Assembly: GCF_963921235.1 (NCBI RefSeq) | Contig: NC_086108.1 | Coordinates: 28,460,001-28,524,000, forward strand | DNA length: 64,000 nt | Direction of reading: 5' to 3' | Source of the DNA: Mobula hypostoma | Lineage: Eukaryota | Shown: piece after piece, positions 25,769 to 38,230 of the stretch | Layout: each line of letters starts with the position of its first letter | Position numbering within the stretch: position 1 is the first letter of the stretch | Notes under the pieces: model-generated | The model's input: only the letters and a program-made list of their open reading frames with translations | Database searches by the model: none | What the model was told of the DNA's origin: nothing | Made by a program: the position numbers and the translations under genes

Positions 25769-25923
25769 TCAGCCTTTAGATGAAACATACTGTCGCAACA
25801 TTTGGGAGATGTCTTTGGAGTCAGTCACCTCTTCAGGCAGGCAACCTTCCCCATCCTGAATCGTAGGATCCGCACCAGAATTCAGTAATAACTCTACAAT
25901 ATCAGCAAATTCACAGGCAGAAG
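25769..25923 (-). CDS. ACBD6: Acyl-CoA-binding domain-containing protein 6, terminal coding exon (end of ankyrin repeats)
   Basis: Acceptor tctttgtctctttgcag; phase 1; encodes (A)SACEFADIVELLLNSGADPTIQDGEGCLPEEVTDSKDISQMLRQYVSSKG*, which I recognise as the ACBD6 C-terminus; joins in frame to exon 57684-57714. Confidence 0.93.
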
Positions 25924-27778
25924 CTGCAAAGAGACAAAGAGAAGGGAGTGAGTATCTATTATGTTTCATTGACATAGTCAAAAACTATAAAATGATTGAA
26001 GTGAAAGAATCTCCAATTTTTTTCTGCAGAAAATTTGTCATTTTTAATAAAATAACACTTCAAAAGGTAAGGAAGTGACTCCTTCGGGATCAGCAATAGT
26101 GTAATCAGAATGGTAATGAGGGTGAGGATGAGGGTAACTGAGCACTAAGTAAGCTCCTATATGAAATGTAGACAATACTTAAGCATGAGCTTTAAATTGC
26201 AAGTAAAAGTTGTGCCACACAAGTGTCATTCAATGTCTAACTTTGATGTTTAACTATATTACCATTGCTGAGACCTCCAGCTTCAATGGAGGGAGGGGTC
26301 ACCACTCAACAAACAATTAAATCAAACAATCAAAAAGACATGAGCTGCAAGGATAGATCACAGCTTAAGTTTTTCAAAGTGGGTGACTCACTTCCAGACT
26401 AGCTAAAGTCTCTACAAGGCATAAGCAAACTATGTGAATGAAGATTTTTCACTTGCCTGAATTAGTGCAGCTTCAAGAATAATACACATGGGATTTTGCT
26501 GGATATCAATCGCTGACCCTCACTCTCCTGAATATATTTTCACTAACAGTTCCCATTAATAGATATGATTTTTTAATGACTATCCATCATCATTTATTGA
26601 AGAAAAAAGTGCAGATTACAAATGCTTAACGATAATGAATGACTGATAGATATCATTAATAACCAACATGGGATAACTGGAGTCAGATGGGAATAGTGTG
26701 CCAAGTTGGTAGGGTGATACCAAATACCCATTTTACTGGAAATATAAGAGACTGTATTGTGTGATTAAGGGGGATGACAAAAGGGCAAATGATAAATCCT
26801 TGCTCATAGGAAGAAACTCAATTACTAGATTGCCTTTACAGAGGAATTCAATGTCATCATATGAATGAGGGTGAACCTCAAAGGCTCAAGGACAACTTCT
26901 ATCCCACTGTCCTAGGGCTATTGAATGTTTCCCTAGAACAATAAGATGGACTCTTGATCTCACAATCTACCTCTTTGTGACTTTGCATCTTACTGTTTAC
27001 CTGCAGTACACTTTCTCTTTACTTTGCATGCTGTTCTTCTTTTCCCTTATACTACCTCAGTGCACATTGTATGAATTGATCTGTATGGGCAGTAGGCAAG
27101 ACAAGTTTCTTACTGTACCACAGTACATGAGACAATAATAAACCAATTTATTAAAATATTTCACAGTTATTGTAGGTTCAGTAATATGCCCCTACTTGTT
27201 CTCTTAACACACACCTTTAAACACATATATACACATTTTTAAAAGTCATTTTGTCAAAAAGCTCAGTTATCAAAACTGGGGTCAGAGATTAGTTTATCAC
27301 TATTCTACCACAGATTTATTTGGTTTTTACCTTATTTGGAACCAACTTATTTGGAATCAGCTTGCACTGATTAGAATAGTATAATAAAGTAAAATAGAGT
27401 TATGTATTTTACCTGCAAATCATGTTGTAAAGCACATTAAAGTGCTGTTGATGTAAAAGTCCACAGGTAGATTGTATATTATTTATAAATAGTAGTCCAT
27501 TTTAAACTGTTCAACTAACAAAATATAAGCTCATGTTCATAAATTCCTCTGCATAGTATTAGCAACACCCAACATCAGACTCTGACCATTAAATAAATTA
27601 ATCTGAGAATAAATTGTAAAATAAATATCACATTTACAGTAGAAATTATTTTATCTAGCTTTTCACATATTTTAGGCTCATTATTTTCTTTCTCATTCTG
27701 TCAGAACTGATCTTACCCTTGAACAATTTAATTTATTTAAATAGGCTCTTAAATACTGCCAGGCTTCTAAATTTAATA

Positions 27779-27833
27779 CTACTACTACTACTACTACTAC
27801 GTCAACTCAGGCCTAGGGGGCCGGTGTCAGGCA
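27779..27833 (-). mobile_element. 55-bp retroposon 3' tail with (TAG)n end and 10-bp TSD
   Basis: AAATTTAATA at 27769-27778 and 27834-27843 flanks (TAC)n plus a GC-rich 33-mer. Confidence 0.7.
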
Positions 27834-27939
27834 AAATTTAATAACTAATCAGTAAAAATTAAAGTGTGAATTGGTTCCTTGCTGATGTCTTTAGCCTGTC
27901 TCTGTAATTACCTTCCATATCACATACATTCAAAGGGAG

Positions 27940-28055
27940 ACACAAGAGATTATAGATTCTGAAATCTGATGCAACACACAAAAAACTGGAGGAACTCAGT
28001 GGGTCAGACGGCATCTATGGAGGGAAATAGACTGTCAACACTTCAGTCAAGACCT
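27940..28055 (-). mobile_element. Old Penelope tail fragment
   Basis: gcaacacacaaaaaactggaggaactcagtgggtcagacggcatctatgg. Confidence 0.7.
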
Positions 28056-28260
28056 TGTAAAACATTCAAGAGTTCTGTTTTCCTCTGCACATCCTGATTT
28101 TATTTGCTCCACTAATTCAGTTCTGCCTTGAGTCATAAAGAATTGAGAATTCACAGCTCAAATTCACAACATCCCCCCTTCCTCCTTTAAAAGCAGTCTT
28201 TGAAATCCACCTCTTTGACCAAGCTTCTGACCAGCTGTTTAATACTGCCACATTTTACTA

Positions 28261-28414
28261 CAGGTCAACCTTCACTAATCTGGTACCACTGGGACCTGAG
28301 GAGTGCCGGATTAGTGAAAATGCTGAATTACAGAAGGATCACATTAAGCATAATCAGTGCCGGATTATCGAAGGAACTAGATTACAGGTAGTTGGATTAG
28401 TGAAGGTCGACCTG
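28261..28414. mobile_element. 154-bp Tc1/mariner-superfamily (pogo/Tigger-like) MITE, copy 1
   Basis: TIR CAGGTC(A/G)ACCTTCACTAATC, TA on both sides, second copy at 37906-38059. Confidence 0.9.
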
Positions 28415-28729
28415 TATATGAAAGATATTACTTCAATGCAAATTGTATTATTGTTAAGAGATTAATATGGAAATTAATTGTAACTGGCTTTTTAAATCAA
28501 TGTAGTTTAATTTAACAGGAAAAATAGGTAAAAAAAAAGAATTTTCTAAATAACAACATAATTTACTAAGAGTTAAAAACATTGTGTCCAAATGACAGTA
28601 TTAATAATAGTAACAGTGAAACTTATGTCCATTTGAAGTCTAAAATATATACTGAAGTAGTTCCTAAGTATTTTGCATGACCAAAGTTTATCTGGAGATA
28701 TAAGGAAAGGCTAATTAGCATCACAAAAG

Positions 28730-29285
28730 CTTAAACACAAGAGATACTGGAGATGTTGAACAACAAACACAAAATGCTGGAGGAACTCAGCAAGTCAGGC
28801 ACATCTATAGAGGGTCCATTGCCTCTTTTAATGCTACGATAAGGCCACACTCATGCTGGAGCAGCAACACCTCATATTCTATCTGAGTAGCCTCTCACCT
28901 GATGGCATGAACATTGATTTATCTAAATTCGGGTAATTTCTCCCTCCACTCTCTTCTCTTCTTTTTCCATTCCTGATTCTGTTTACTCTCTCACCCCTTG
29001 TCTTCTCCTCATCTGCCCATCCCCTTCTATTAGCTTCCTTCCTCTTAACCTCATCCACCTTACCCGTCCCAACTTACATCATCGCCCCTCCCCACCTACA
29101 CCCTCACCTGGTTTCACCTATCACCTGACAGCTTGTATGCCTTCCTCTTGCCTCACCTTCTGATTTTGGCTTTTGCCCCCTTTCTTTTCAGTTCTGATGA
29201 AGGGTCTTGGCCCAAACATCAACTCTCTATTCCTTCCCTAGGTGCTGCCCGACTTACTGAGTTCCTCAGCATTTTGTGTATCACA
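28730..29285 (+). mobile_element. Old Penelope element with inverted tail (minus ~28730-28815; plus ~28830-29285)
   Basis: GIY-YIG end (ctggagcagcaacacctcatattc...cctgatggcatgaacattgat) and degenerate hammerhead ctgatgaagggtcttggccc. Confidence 0.8.
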
Positions 29286-29701
29286 AACATTTGTTGGGTT
29301 AGACACCAATTGTCAGTGCACACCATCAATTTAGGTGTATAATAAATGATAAATCATTCTGTTATCCATCAGTACAAAGTTCTGCAAAAAAAACTGCAGC
29401 AAATTACCTAAAGAAATGTAGATCCATTACATGAGAAGATCAGGAGTGAAATATATAATATGTTGATATAAACTGTCCGTAAGAAGACAGGAATGTAAAA
29501 AGAAAATATACTTTGATAATAAATATATTTTGATATAAATATAGAACAATTATAAATGTTACTATATCTAATGAAACCAGAAATTTAACATAATATTCCA
29601 AAGCTGCAAAAATTACAATTGAAATGATGCCTGATGCAGACTATGTTTTATTCATTTGTTAATTTTAACTGGGCAGGGTTAAGCCCAGATGTTCTTCCGG
29701 T

Positions 29702-30057
29702 AAGATGGTGGCGCACATACACACAGCAGCCTCTTGGGGGACAACCAAAGGTGCTTTCTTCTTTGTTAAATGTGTTTTTATACAGTTGGGGGTGGCCTCG
29801 CTCATCGGTGCTGCCCTCCAGTGTTGATTTGGTGGAATTATAGGCTGGACTGCCCGGAACCATCAATTTGCAGGACTTGTCTCTCAGGGTTTTGGATTAA
29901 AAATGTGGTTTCTTATGGACTATGTTCTTTTTTCCTTCCCTTTCTTGCTATTTTGAATGCGTGTGTATGTTTTTGCACCTTGGCCCCAGAAGAACATTGT
30001 CTTGTTCGGCTCTATCCATGTATGGTTTGAGTGACAATTAAATTTGATTTGATTTGA
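29702..30057 (+). mobile_element. Short non-autonomous retroposon (AAGATGG head, (TTTGA)n tail)
   Basis: Starts aagatggtggcg, ends gacaattaaatttgatttgatttga; 3' part related to 54062-54170 and 61630-61700. Confidence 0.6.
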
Positions 30058-30129
30058 TGTTTAAGACTACAGAACACCCCTGGTATAGTTATACTGAAAA
30101 TGATGCAACATTGTAAGTTATTACTTACT

Positions 30130-32247
30130 TCCTCCCTTGATTAACAGTCCGGTAAGACACAAAAGGTCAGGGATTGTGTGTTGTCAAGGGGCCAAGTGGA
30201 GAATGGCTATGTTTTGGGACCAACAGTAGTGGTGGGGTTCTGAGATCAAAGATTCGAGAGCAGAATGGGATGACTGGCCTGACAATCAGCTCGGCTGAAG
30301 AAACTGATCCAAAGTATACAGTATCTGTTTTAAAATAAGTTGGCAAACTGTTATGGTAATACGAGACAAAGGGTGACAGTGGAAGGTTGCTTTCATGATT
30401 GGGAGCTTCAACCAGTGGTGTATCACAGGTATCAGTGTTGGAACCCTTGCTGTTTGTAAATACAGTTTGGATATCAGTGTAAGAAGCAAAATTAGTAAAT
30501 CCGCAAATGATATGAAAATTGGAGGTGTTGTTGATAGTGAGGAGGATAGCCATAGGTTGCAGAATGATATTCATCAACTATCACAAATCGGGCAGGACAA
30601 TGGCAAATGGAATTAAATCCTGGCAAGTGTGAAGTGATGCATTTTGGGAGCCATATCCCATGAATGGCAGAGCCTAGGGACCATGGCGTACAAGTTCACA
30701 GATCTCTGAAGATGGCAGGTGACAACACAGGGAGATAGGGTGGTGCAAGTATATAGGTTGTTGGCATTTTATTTATTGATTGATTGATAGACACAGCGCA
30801 GAACAGGCTCTTCCAGCCCACTAAGATACACTGCCCAGCAACCCTTGGCTGTTGTTCGGGGGCCTGTATATAACTCCCACCAGGGTCTTTTTGCCCTTGT
30901 AGTTTCTTAACTCTAACCACAAAGATTCTACATCTTCTGATCCTATGTCACCTCCTTCTAAGGATTTGATTTCATTTTTTACCATCCCTTCTGCCTACCT
31001 GCTTGTCCTCTCGATACAAATCTTTTTTCAGCCACGTCTCAGTGATGTCCACAATATCATGTCTCCAATCTCTAACAGTGCTGTAAAATCATCTACCTTA
31101 TTCCAAATACTCTATGCATCCAAATATAATACCTTCATTTCTGCATTCATTACCCTTTTCGATTTTGCCGCCATCCTCACAGTCTCACTACACACTGCAT
31201 CGACTTGTATATTAACTGCCCCATCTACAGTCCTATCGCTCTGGTTCCCATCACCTTGTCAACTTAGTTTAAACCCTTCCCAAAAGCTCCAGCAAACCTG
31301 CCTGCAAGGACATTGGTCCCCCTCAGGTTCATACTCAAGAGTACTAGTCAACAAGCTCCAAACCTAAGCCTCTGTGCCTCCCTCTTCAACTGGATACTTG
31401 GCTTCCTTATCAGGAAGTGCAGATAAGAAATAACATCTTCTGCTCACTTACAATCAACACTGGCGCACTTTAAATGCCATCTACAAATTTGCCAATGACA
31501 CGACTATTGTTGGCAGAATTTCAGATGGTGATGAGAAGGCATACAGGTGTGCGATAGATCAGCTGGTTGAGTGGTGTCACAACAATAACCTTGCACTCAA
31601 CGTTTTTAAGACCAAGGAATTCATTGTGGACTTCAGGAAGGGGAAGTCGAGGAAACATACACCAGTCCTTAATGAGGGATTAGCAGTGGAAAGGATGGTC
31701 AGTTCTAAATTCCTGGGTGCCAACATCACTGAAGATCTATCCTGGGTCCAAAATATTGATGCAATTATAAAGAAGGCATGGCAGTAGCTATATTTCATTA
31801 GGAATTTGAGGAGACTCAGTATGTCACCAAGACGGTCACATATTTTTACAGGGGTATCATGGAGAACGTTCTAACTGGTTATATCATCTTCTGGTATAGA
31901 GGGGCCACTGCACAGGATCAGAAAAAGCTGCAGAAAATTATAAACTTAGCCAGCTCCATCATGGGCACTAGGCTGTCTAGTATCAAGGCCATCTCCAAAA
32001 GGCAATGCCTCAAAAAACCGGCATTCATCATTCAGGACCCTCATCACCCAAGACATGCCCTCTTTTCATTGTGACTTTAAGGAGGAGGAGATACGAGAGC
32101 CTAACGATACATAGTCAACATATAAGTACCAGCTTTTTCCCCTCTGCCATCAGATTTCCAATGGACAATGAATCCAAGTTCACTACCTCACTATTTTATG
32201 CCCTCTTTTTGCACTGACTATCTTTTTTTTATATATAAATATATATA

Positions 32248-32283
<36 letters not shown>

Positions 32284-33130
32284 TGTAAGATGTCGTTTTT
32301 TATTACCTATTGCAATGCACTGCTGCTGCATAATAAATTTCATAATATATGACAGTGATTATACTCCTGATTCTGATTCTAACCAGGATATCTTTGGACT
32401 GTGGGAGTAACCTTGAGCACCCATAGGAAACCCAGGTACATACAGGAAGAACGCATAAACTTTCTTACAGAATTGAACTCTAAACTCCGATGCCCCAAGC
32501 TGTAATAACGTAACACTATCTGCTATGCTAGCCTGGTGCCCAGCCAGGACAAGGGAGGCCTTGGTACAACTTTACAAAGCATTGGTTAGGCCACAGCAGC
32601 AACACTGGTGTGCATTTCTGTTTGCCACTACAGGAAGAACACAATTACATTGTAGAGGGTCTAAAGAAGATTCAACCGTAGGCTGCCTGAGGTGGAATGT
32701 TTCAGTTACAAGAAGGATAGGTACTCTGGGCCCTGTTTTCCTTGCAGCAGAGGAGGTGGTAGTGGGGAAGGGCAGAATGACTTCTTGTAGGTATATAAAA
32801 TTATGAGAGGGATAAATAGGGTAGAGGGCAAGAAATATTGCTTGACAGAAGCTTATTGGATGACAGGACATAGGTTTAAAGTGATGAGAAAGAGGTTTAG
32901 AGGAGATCTGAGAAAAATTCTTTTCATTCAGATAGTGGTAGAAATCTGGGACACACTGCCTGATAAAGTGGTGGGGGCAAGAACTTTCACAATATTTAAA
33001 TAGCATTTGGAGGAACAATAGCATCACCAAGGCACAGTAGCGTATGGACCAAGTGGTAGTAAATTGGAATTAGTATACACAGATACTTGATGTTTACCAT
33101 AGATAAGGTGGGTTGAAAGTCTTGTGCAAC
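30130..33130. mobile_element. Nested cluster: CR1 plus (~30130-30750, ~32540-33130), CR1 minus (~30945-31325), Rex/Babar plus (~31330-32380), V-SINE minus (~32385-32530)
   Basis: SKSANDMKIGGVVDSEED and LYKALVRP (CR1); KFANDTTIVG, QDPHHPRHALFSL and ctgattctgattct tail (Rex/Babar). Confidence 0.75.
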
Positions 33131-33179
33131 TCTAATAACAAACATTCAAGTGCATTCTTGAATAATAAGAAAAATAGGT

Positions 33180-34510
33180 CAGCCAGTTGAGTGGTGTCAC
33201 AACCACAACCTTGCACTCAATGTCAGGAAGACCAAGCAACTGATTGTGCACTTCCGGAAGGCGAAGTCTGGAGAACACAAACCATTGAGGAGTTAGCAAT
33301 GGAATTGATGAGCAGTTTCAAGTTCCTGGGCGTCAACATCTCAGAGGATCTATCCTGGGTTCACCATATTGATGCATTCATGAAGACGGCATACCAGTGG
33401 CTATACTTTTTTAGGAGCTTGAGGAGATTTTGTATGTCACCAAGGTCTCTAGCAAATTTCTAAGAAGTACACGGACAGCACTCTGACTAGTCACATCACA
33501 ATCTGGCACAGAGGCTCCAATGTATGGGATCAGAGACGCAGTCAGCCCCTCTCAAGCACAAGGCTCCCCACCACTGAGAACAGCTTCAATAGGCAGTGTC
33601 TCCAGAAGGTGGCATCCATCATTAAGGACCCACCCACCCAGGAAAAGCTCTCTTACCATTACTGACAGCCAAGGGGGTGGTGGGGGGGGGGGGTACAGGA
33701 GCCTGAAGACCCAAGACCTCAGTATTTTAGGAACAGCTTCTTCCCCTCAGCCATCAGATTTTTGAATGGTCCATGAACACTACCTCGCTATTCCTCTTTT
33801 AGCATTTTTAATTTATTCATTTATTGTAACATAGCAATTTGGTATGCCTGCACCGTACTGCTGCTACAAAAAAGCACATTTCACGACTGATGTCAGTGAC
33901 AATAGACCTGATTCTGCTTATCATTTCCTTCACTTAGATGATATCAAAAGGATGTATCACTCAGTTTTGGTTTCCCCATTAAAGATGTTCTAAAGTTCAA
34001 AGTCCAAAGTAACTTTTATTATTAAAGTACATAGAGTATATGTCACCATTTACAACCCTGAGATTCATTTTCCTGCAGGCATACTCAGCAAATCTATAGA
34101 GCAGTAACTATAACAGGATCAATGAAAGATTGAGTAGAATGTAGAAGACAACAAACTGTGCAAATGCAAATATAAATAAATAGCAATAAACAACAAGAAC
34201 ATGAAATAACAAGATATAGAGTCCTTAAAGAGAAATCATTTGTTGTAGAGACATCTTAATGAATGGGCAAGTGAGTATAGAAATCTCTTTTTGCTCAAGA
34301 CCCAGATGGTTGTGGGGTAGTAACTGTTCTTGAACCTGGTGGTGCGAGTCTGGAGCCTTTTGTGCCTTCTACCTGATAGCAGCAGTGAAAAAAGAGCATG
34401 GCCTGGGTGGTGGGGATAGCTGATGATGGATGTTGCATTCCTGTGACAGCATTTCATGCAGATGTGCTCAATGGCTGGGAGGTTTTTACTCATGATGTAC
34501 TGGGCTGAAT
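33180..34510. mobile_element. Two Rex/Babar 3' fragments (plus ~33180-33915; minus ~33990-34510)
   Basis: SSFKFLGVNISEDLSWVHHID; SYPHHPGHALFSLLLSGRRHKRLQTRTTRFKNSYYP. Confidence 0.8.
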
Positions 34511-35192
34511 CTCTTTTTTGTTCTTCCCACATCTCTTATTTTCTGTAGTTTACAACATACTTTCTCACATTTCCGGATTTGAGAAGCAGTTACTCTCTCC
34601 ACAGATCCTACATGTCTAGCATTCCAAAAGTTTCCAGTATCTGTGGTTGTTTTTGCTTTTAAAATACTCCTGTAAAGGTTGACAATTCAGTAGGAACAAA
34701 GTCCTATCCGGGGACTGCACAGACCCCATCATTTGAACTATTACTCTGGGCATCATATACAGTATATATTGATGTATATACAAAAGGGAATGCTAAGAGA
34801 TGATAATACATTAATAGGGTGGTGTTACTTTTTTATATTTTCTTATGATATGGAAAACAGTTATCTGTCCCAGTGAGTCTATGATGGCTCTCAGAATAAT
34901 CCCCAATTATTTCCTAGTAATCGATTTTCTCTCATATGGATGTCAACACCACCCAGATTCTTCAGAGTTCAAAGTAAAGTCATTCTCAAAGCACACATGT
35001 TATCATATACAACCCTGAGACTGATTATTTTGTGGGCATACTCAATAAATACAAGAAACACAATGGAATTAATGAAAAACTGCCCCTAATAGGAAGGGCA
35101 AACAAAGTGCAAAAGACAACAAACTATGCAAATACAAGAGAGGGAGAAACCAAATAAATAAATACATACATACATACATAAATAAATAAATA

Positions 35193-35791
35193 TATGGGGG
35201 GTGATTTATAAGTTTGCGGCCTAAGGTAGGAGGAGTCAATTCTAGCACATTTATTTTTCCTACATTTACACACTTAGTCTAGCAGCCGTGGAGCATACAG
35301 ATCCCTTTTTGTAGAAGTCGGCAGCTTGGACCTCCAGAAGTGGTCCACAGCGGGGGTGATTGATAAGTTCGTGGCCTAAGGTAGAAGGAGATGGGTTATT
35401 AACTTCAAACTTTCTGCATTTTCACTAAAAAAGTTGAACTGCACGTGCATGTAACGAGAGCTGTATAACTCATCACCTTCTACCTTAGGCCACAAACTTA
35501 TCAATCACCTCTGCTGTGGACCACCTGGAGGTCCACGACACTCTCGTGACATGTATGTGCAGTTCAACTTTTTGAGTGATTATGCAGAAAGTTTGAAGTT
35601 AATAATTGATCTCCTTCTACCCCAGGCCACGAACTTATCAATCAGCCCTGCTGTGGACCACTTCTACAAAGAAGGGATCCGTATGCTCCACGACCGCTGG
35701 ACTAAGTGTGTACATGCAGGAGGGGACTATGTTGAAAAATAAATGTGCAAGGTTTTCTAAAATTGACTCCTTAGGCCACGAACTTGTCAAT
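35193..35791. mobile_element. Mariner-derived foldback MITE with five TIR copies
   Basis: TIR ggggtgattgataagttcgtggcctaaggtagaaggag forward at ~35197 and ~35353, reverse at ~35475-35510, ~35610-35648 and ~35761-35791; mariner transposase C-terminus FYKEGIRMLHDRWTKCVHAGGDYVEK* ends at 35742. Confidence 0.85.
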
Positions 35792-35817
35792 CGTGTGTGT
35801 GTGTGTGTGTGTGTGTG

Positions 35818-35856
<39 letters not shown>

Positions 35857-37905
35857 CAAGGAATTGAGTTATAGAGTCCTAGAAACTGAGTCTATAGTTT
35901 GTGGGGAACAGTTCACTAATGGGGTGAGTGAAGTAGAGTGAAGTTATCCACTCTGGTTCAAGAGCTTGATAGTTGATGAGTAATAACTGTTCCAGAACCT
36001 GGTGGTGTGAGTCCTGAGGCTCCTGTACCTTCTTCCTGATGGCAGCAGTGAGAGCAGAGCATGGCCTGGGTGGTGGGAGTCAATGATGATCAATGCTGCC
36101 TTCCTGGCATAGATGTGCTCAATGGTGGAGAGGGCTTTACCCATGATGGACTGGGCTGTATCCACCACTTTTTGTAGGCTTTTCCATTCAAGGACATTGG
36201 CGTTTCATACCAGACTGTGATGTGAAGAGTCAATATACTCTCCATCACACATCTATAAAAGTTTGTCAAAATTTTCGATGACATGCCAAATTTTTGCAAA
36301 TTTCTAAGAAAGTAGAGGCATTGCAGTGCTCTCTTTGCAATGACACTTGTGTACTGGACTGAGGACTGATCCTCTGAAGTGATAGCATCGAGGAATTTAA
36401 AGTTGCTGACCCTCTCCACCTCTGATCCCCCGATGAGGACTGGCTCATGGACATCTGGTTTCCTCCTAATGATGTCAATAATCAGCTCCTTGGTCCTGCT
36501 GGCATTGAGTAAGAGGTTGCTGTTATGGTACCACCTAGCCAGATTTTCAATTTCTCTCCTTCTTTGTCACCACCTTTGGTTTAGCCAGCGACAGTGGTGT
36601 CATCAAACTTATCGCATTGGAGCTGTGCTCATTCACATGGTCATAAATGTAAAATGATTAAAGCAGGGATCTAAGCACACAATTTGTGATGCACCTGTGC
36701 TGATGGAGATTGTGGAGGAGATGTTGTTGCTAATCCAAACCGACTAGGGTCTGCCAGTGAGGAAATCAAAGATCCATTTACACAAAGAGGTATAAAGGCT
36801 TAGGTCTTGAAGATTATTTATTAATTTTGAGGGGATGATAGTATTGAATGCCACACTGTAGTCAATGTAGAGCATCCTGATGTATGCACCTTTTCTGTCC
36901 AGATGTTCCAGCATTGAGTGAAGAGTCAATGCTGTTGATATGTTGTGACAGTAGGCAAATTGGAATGGATCCAAGTTGCTTCTTAGGCAGAAGTTGATAT
37001 GTTTCATTACCAACTTCTCAAAACATTTCATCACAGTGGATGCAAGTGCTATTGGGAGATAGTCCATGAGGGAGATTACCACTTTCTTCTTAGGCACCAG
37101 TATAATTGAAGCTTGCCTAAAGCACATGGTTACCTCAGAACGAAGCTAGAGGTTAAAGAAATTTGTGAACACTCCAGCCAGTTGATCAGCACCAGTGTTT
37201 AGTACTTGGTCAGATATTTCATCTGGGCAGGATGTTTTCTGCAGGTTCACTCACCTGAAGGATGCTCTTACATCGGCCTCAAGATTCCGAAATCACAGGA
37301 TCATCAGATGCACTGGGAGTTCACGAAGGTGTCTCCAAAATGGGTCAAAGTAAGCATAAGTGTCACTGAACTCACCTTGGAGCCCAACCTTGTTGTTACC
37401 TATGCTGCATTGTTTCCCTTTGTAGGAGGTGATAGCATTCAAGCTTGCCACAACTGTCGAGCATTCTTCAGTAATTCAAATTCATTCTGGAATTGCCACT
37501 TTGCACATGAGATGGCTTTTTGGAGATCGTATCTCGACCTCTTGTATTTTACTTGGTCGCCAAAATGACCTAAGTACCACTGATCTGGCCTGTAGCAGAC
37601 TGCAGATTTCATAGTCTAAGGCTTTTGGTTAGGGAAGACTCTCAATGACTTTGTAGGGAGAAACTCATTTACAACTGTATAAAGTCTGTGATAACTGTGG
37701 TGTAGATGAGTCCTTGAACGTGGCCCAGTGCACCAACTTGAAGGAATCCCGTAGCTACTCCACTGCCTCCATCTTCATTGTCCTTCCTTCTGAAGCCTTG
37801 CTCTTTTGTCTCTGTCTATATGCAGGGAGGATGAGGATAGCCAAATAATCAGATTGCCTGAAATGCAGTCTAGGGATGGAACAGAAGGCCTTCCTAATTG
37901 TAGTA

Positions 37906-38059
37906 CAGGTCGACCTTCACTAATCCGACTACCTGTAATCCGGTTCCTTCGATAATCCGGCACTGATTATACTTAATGTGATCCTTCTGTAATTCGGCAC
38001 TTTCACTAATCCGGCACTCCTCAGGTCCCAGTGGTGCTGGATTAGTGAAGGTCGGCCTG
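37906..38059. mobile_element. 154-bp pogo/Tigger-like MITE, copy 2 (opposite orientation)
   Basis: Same length and TIRs as 28261-28414, TA TSD, inserted in the Rex/Babar LDHCY codons. Confidence 0.9.
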
Positions 38060-38230
38060 TATAACAGTGGTCGAGTGTGTTGGGATCTCTGGTCCTGCAG
38101 GCGACATGCTGATGATAATTGGGCAGGGATTTCTTCAAACAATTCTGATTGAAGAACTCGACAATGATTTGAAAGGCGTCAGTGTAGGCTGTTTCCTGTT
38201 TGTTGATGTTGGCACTCAGTACCTCAAGTG

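Noticed and set aside
25924..25981. N-terminal part of the 70-aa ORF 25769-25981
   Set aside because: Intronic read-through of the pyrimidine tract; the exon starts at the AG acceptor (25923).
35193..35791. Repeat-spacer pattern resembling a CRISPR array
   Set aside because: Repeats are mariner TIRs in both orientations with non-unique spacers, in a eukaryotic context with no cas genes.
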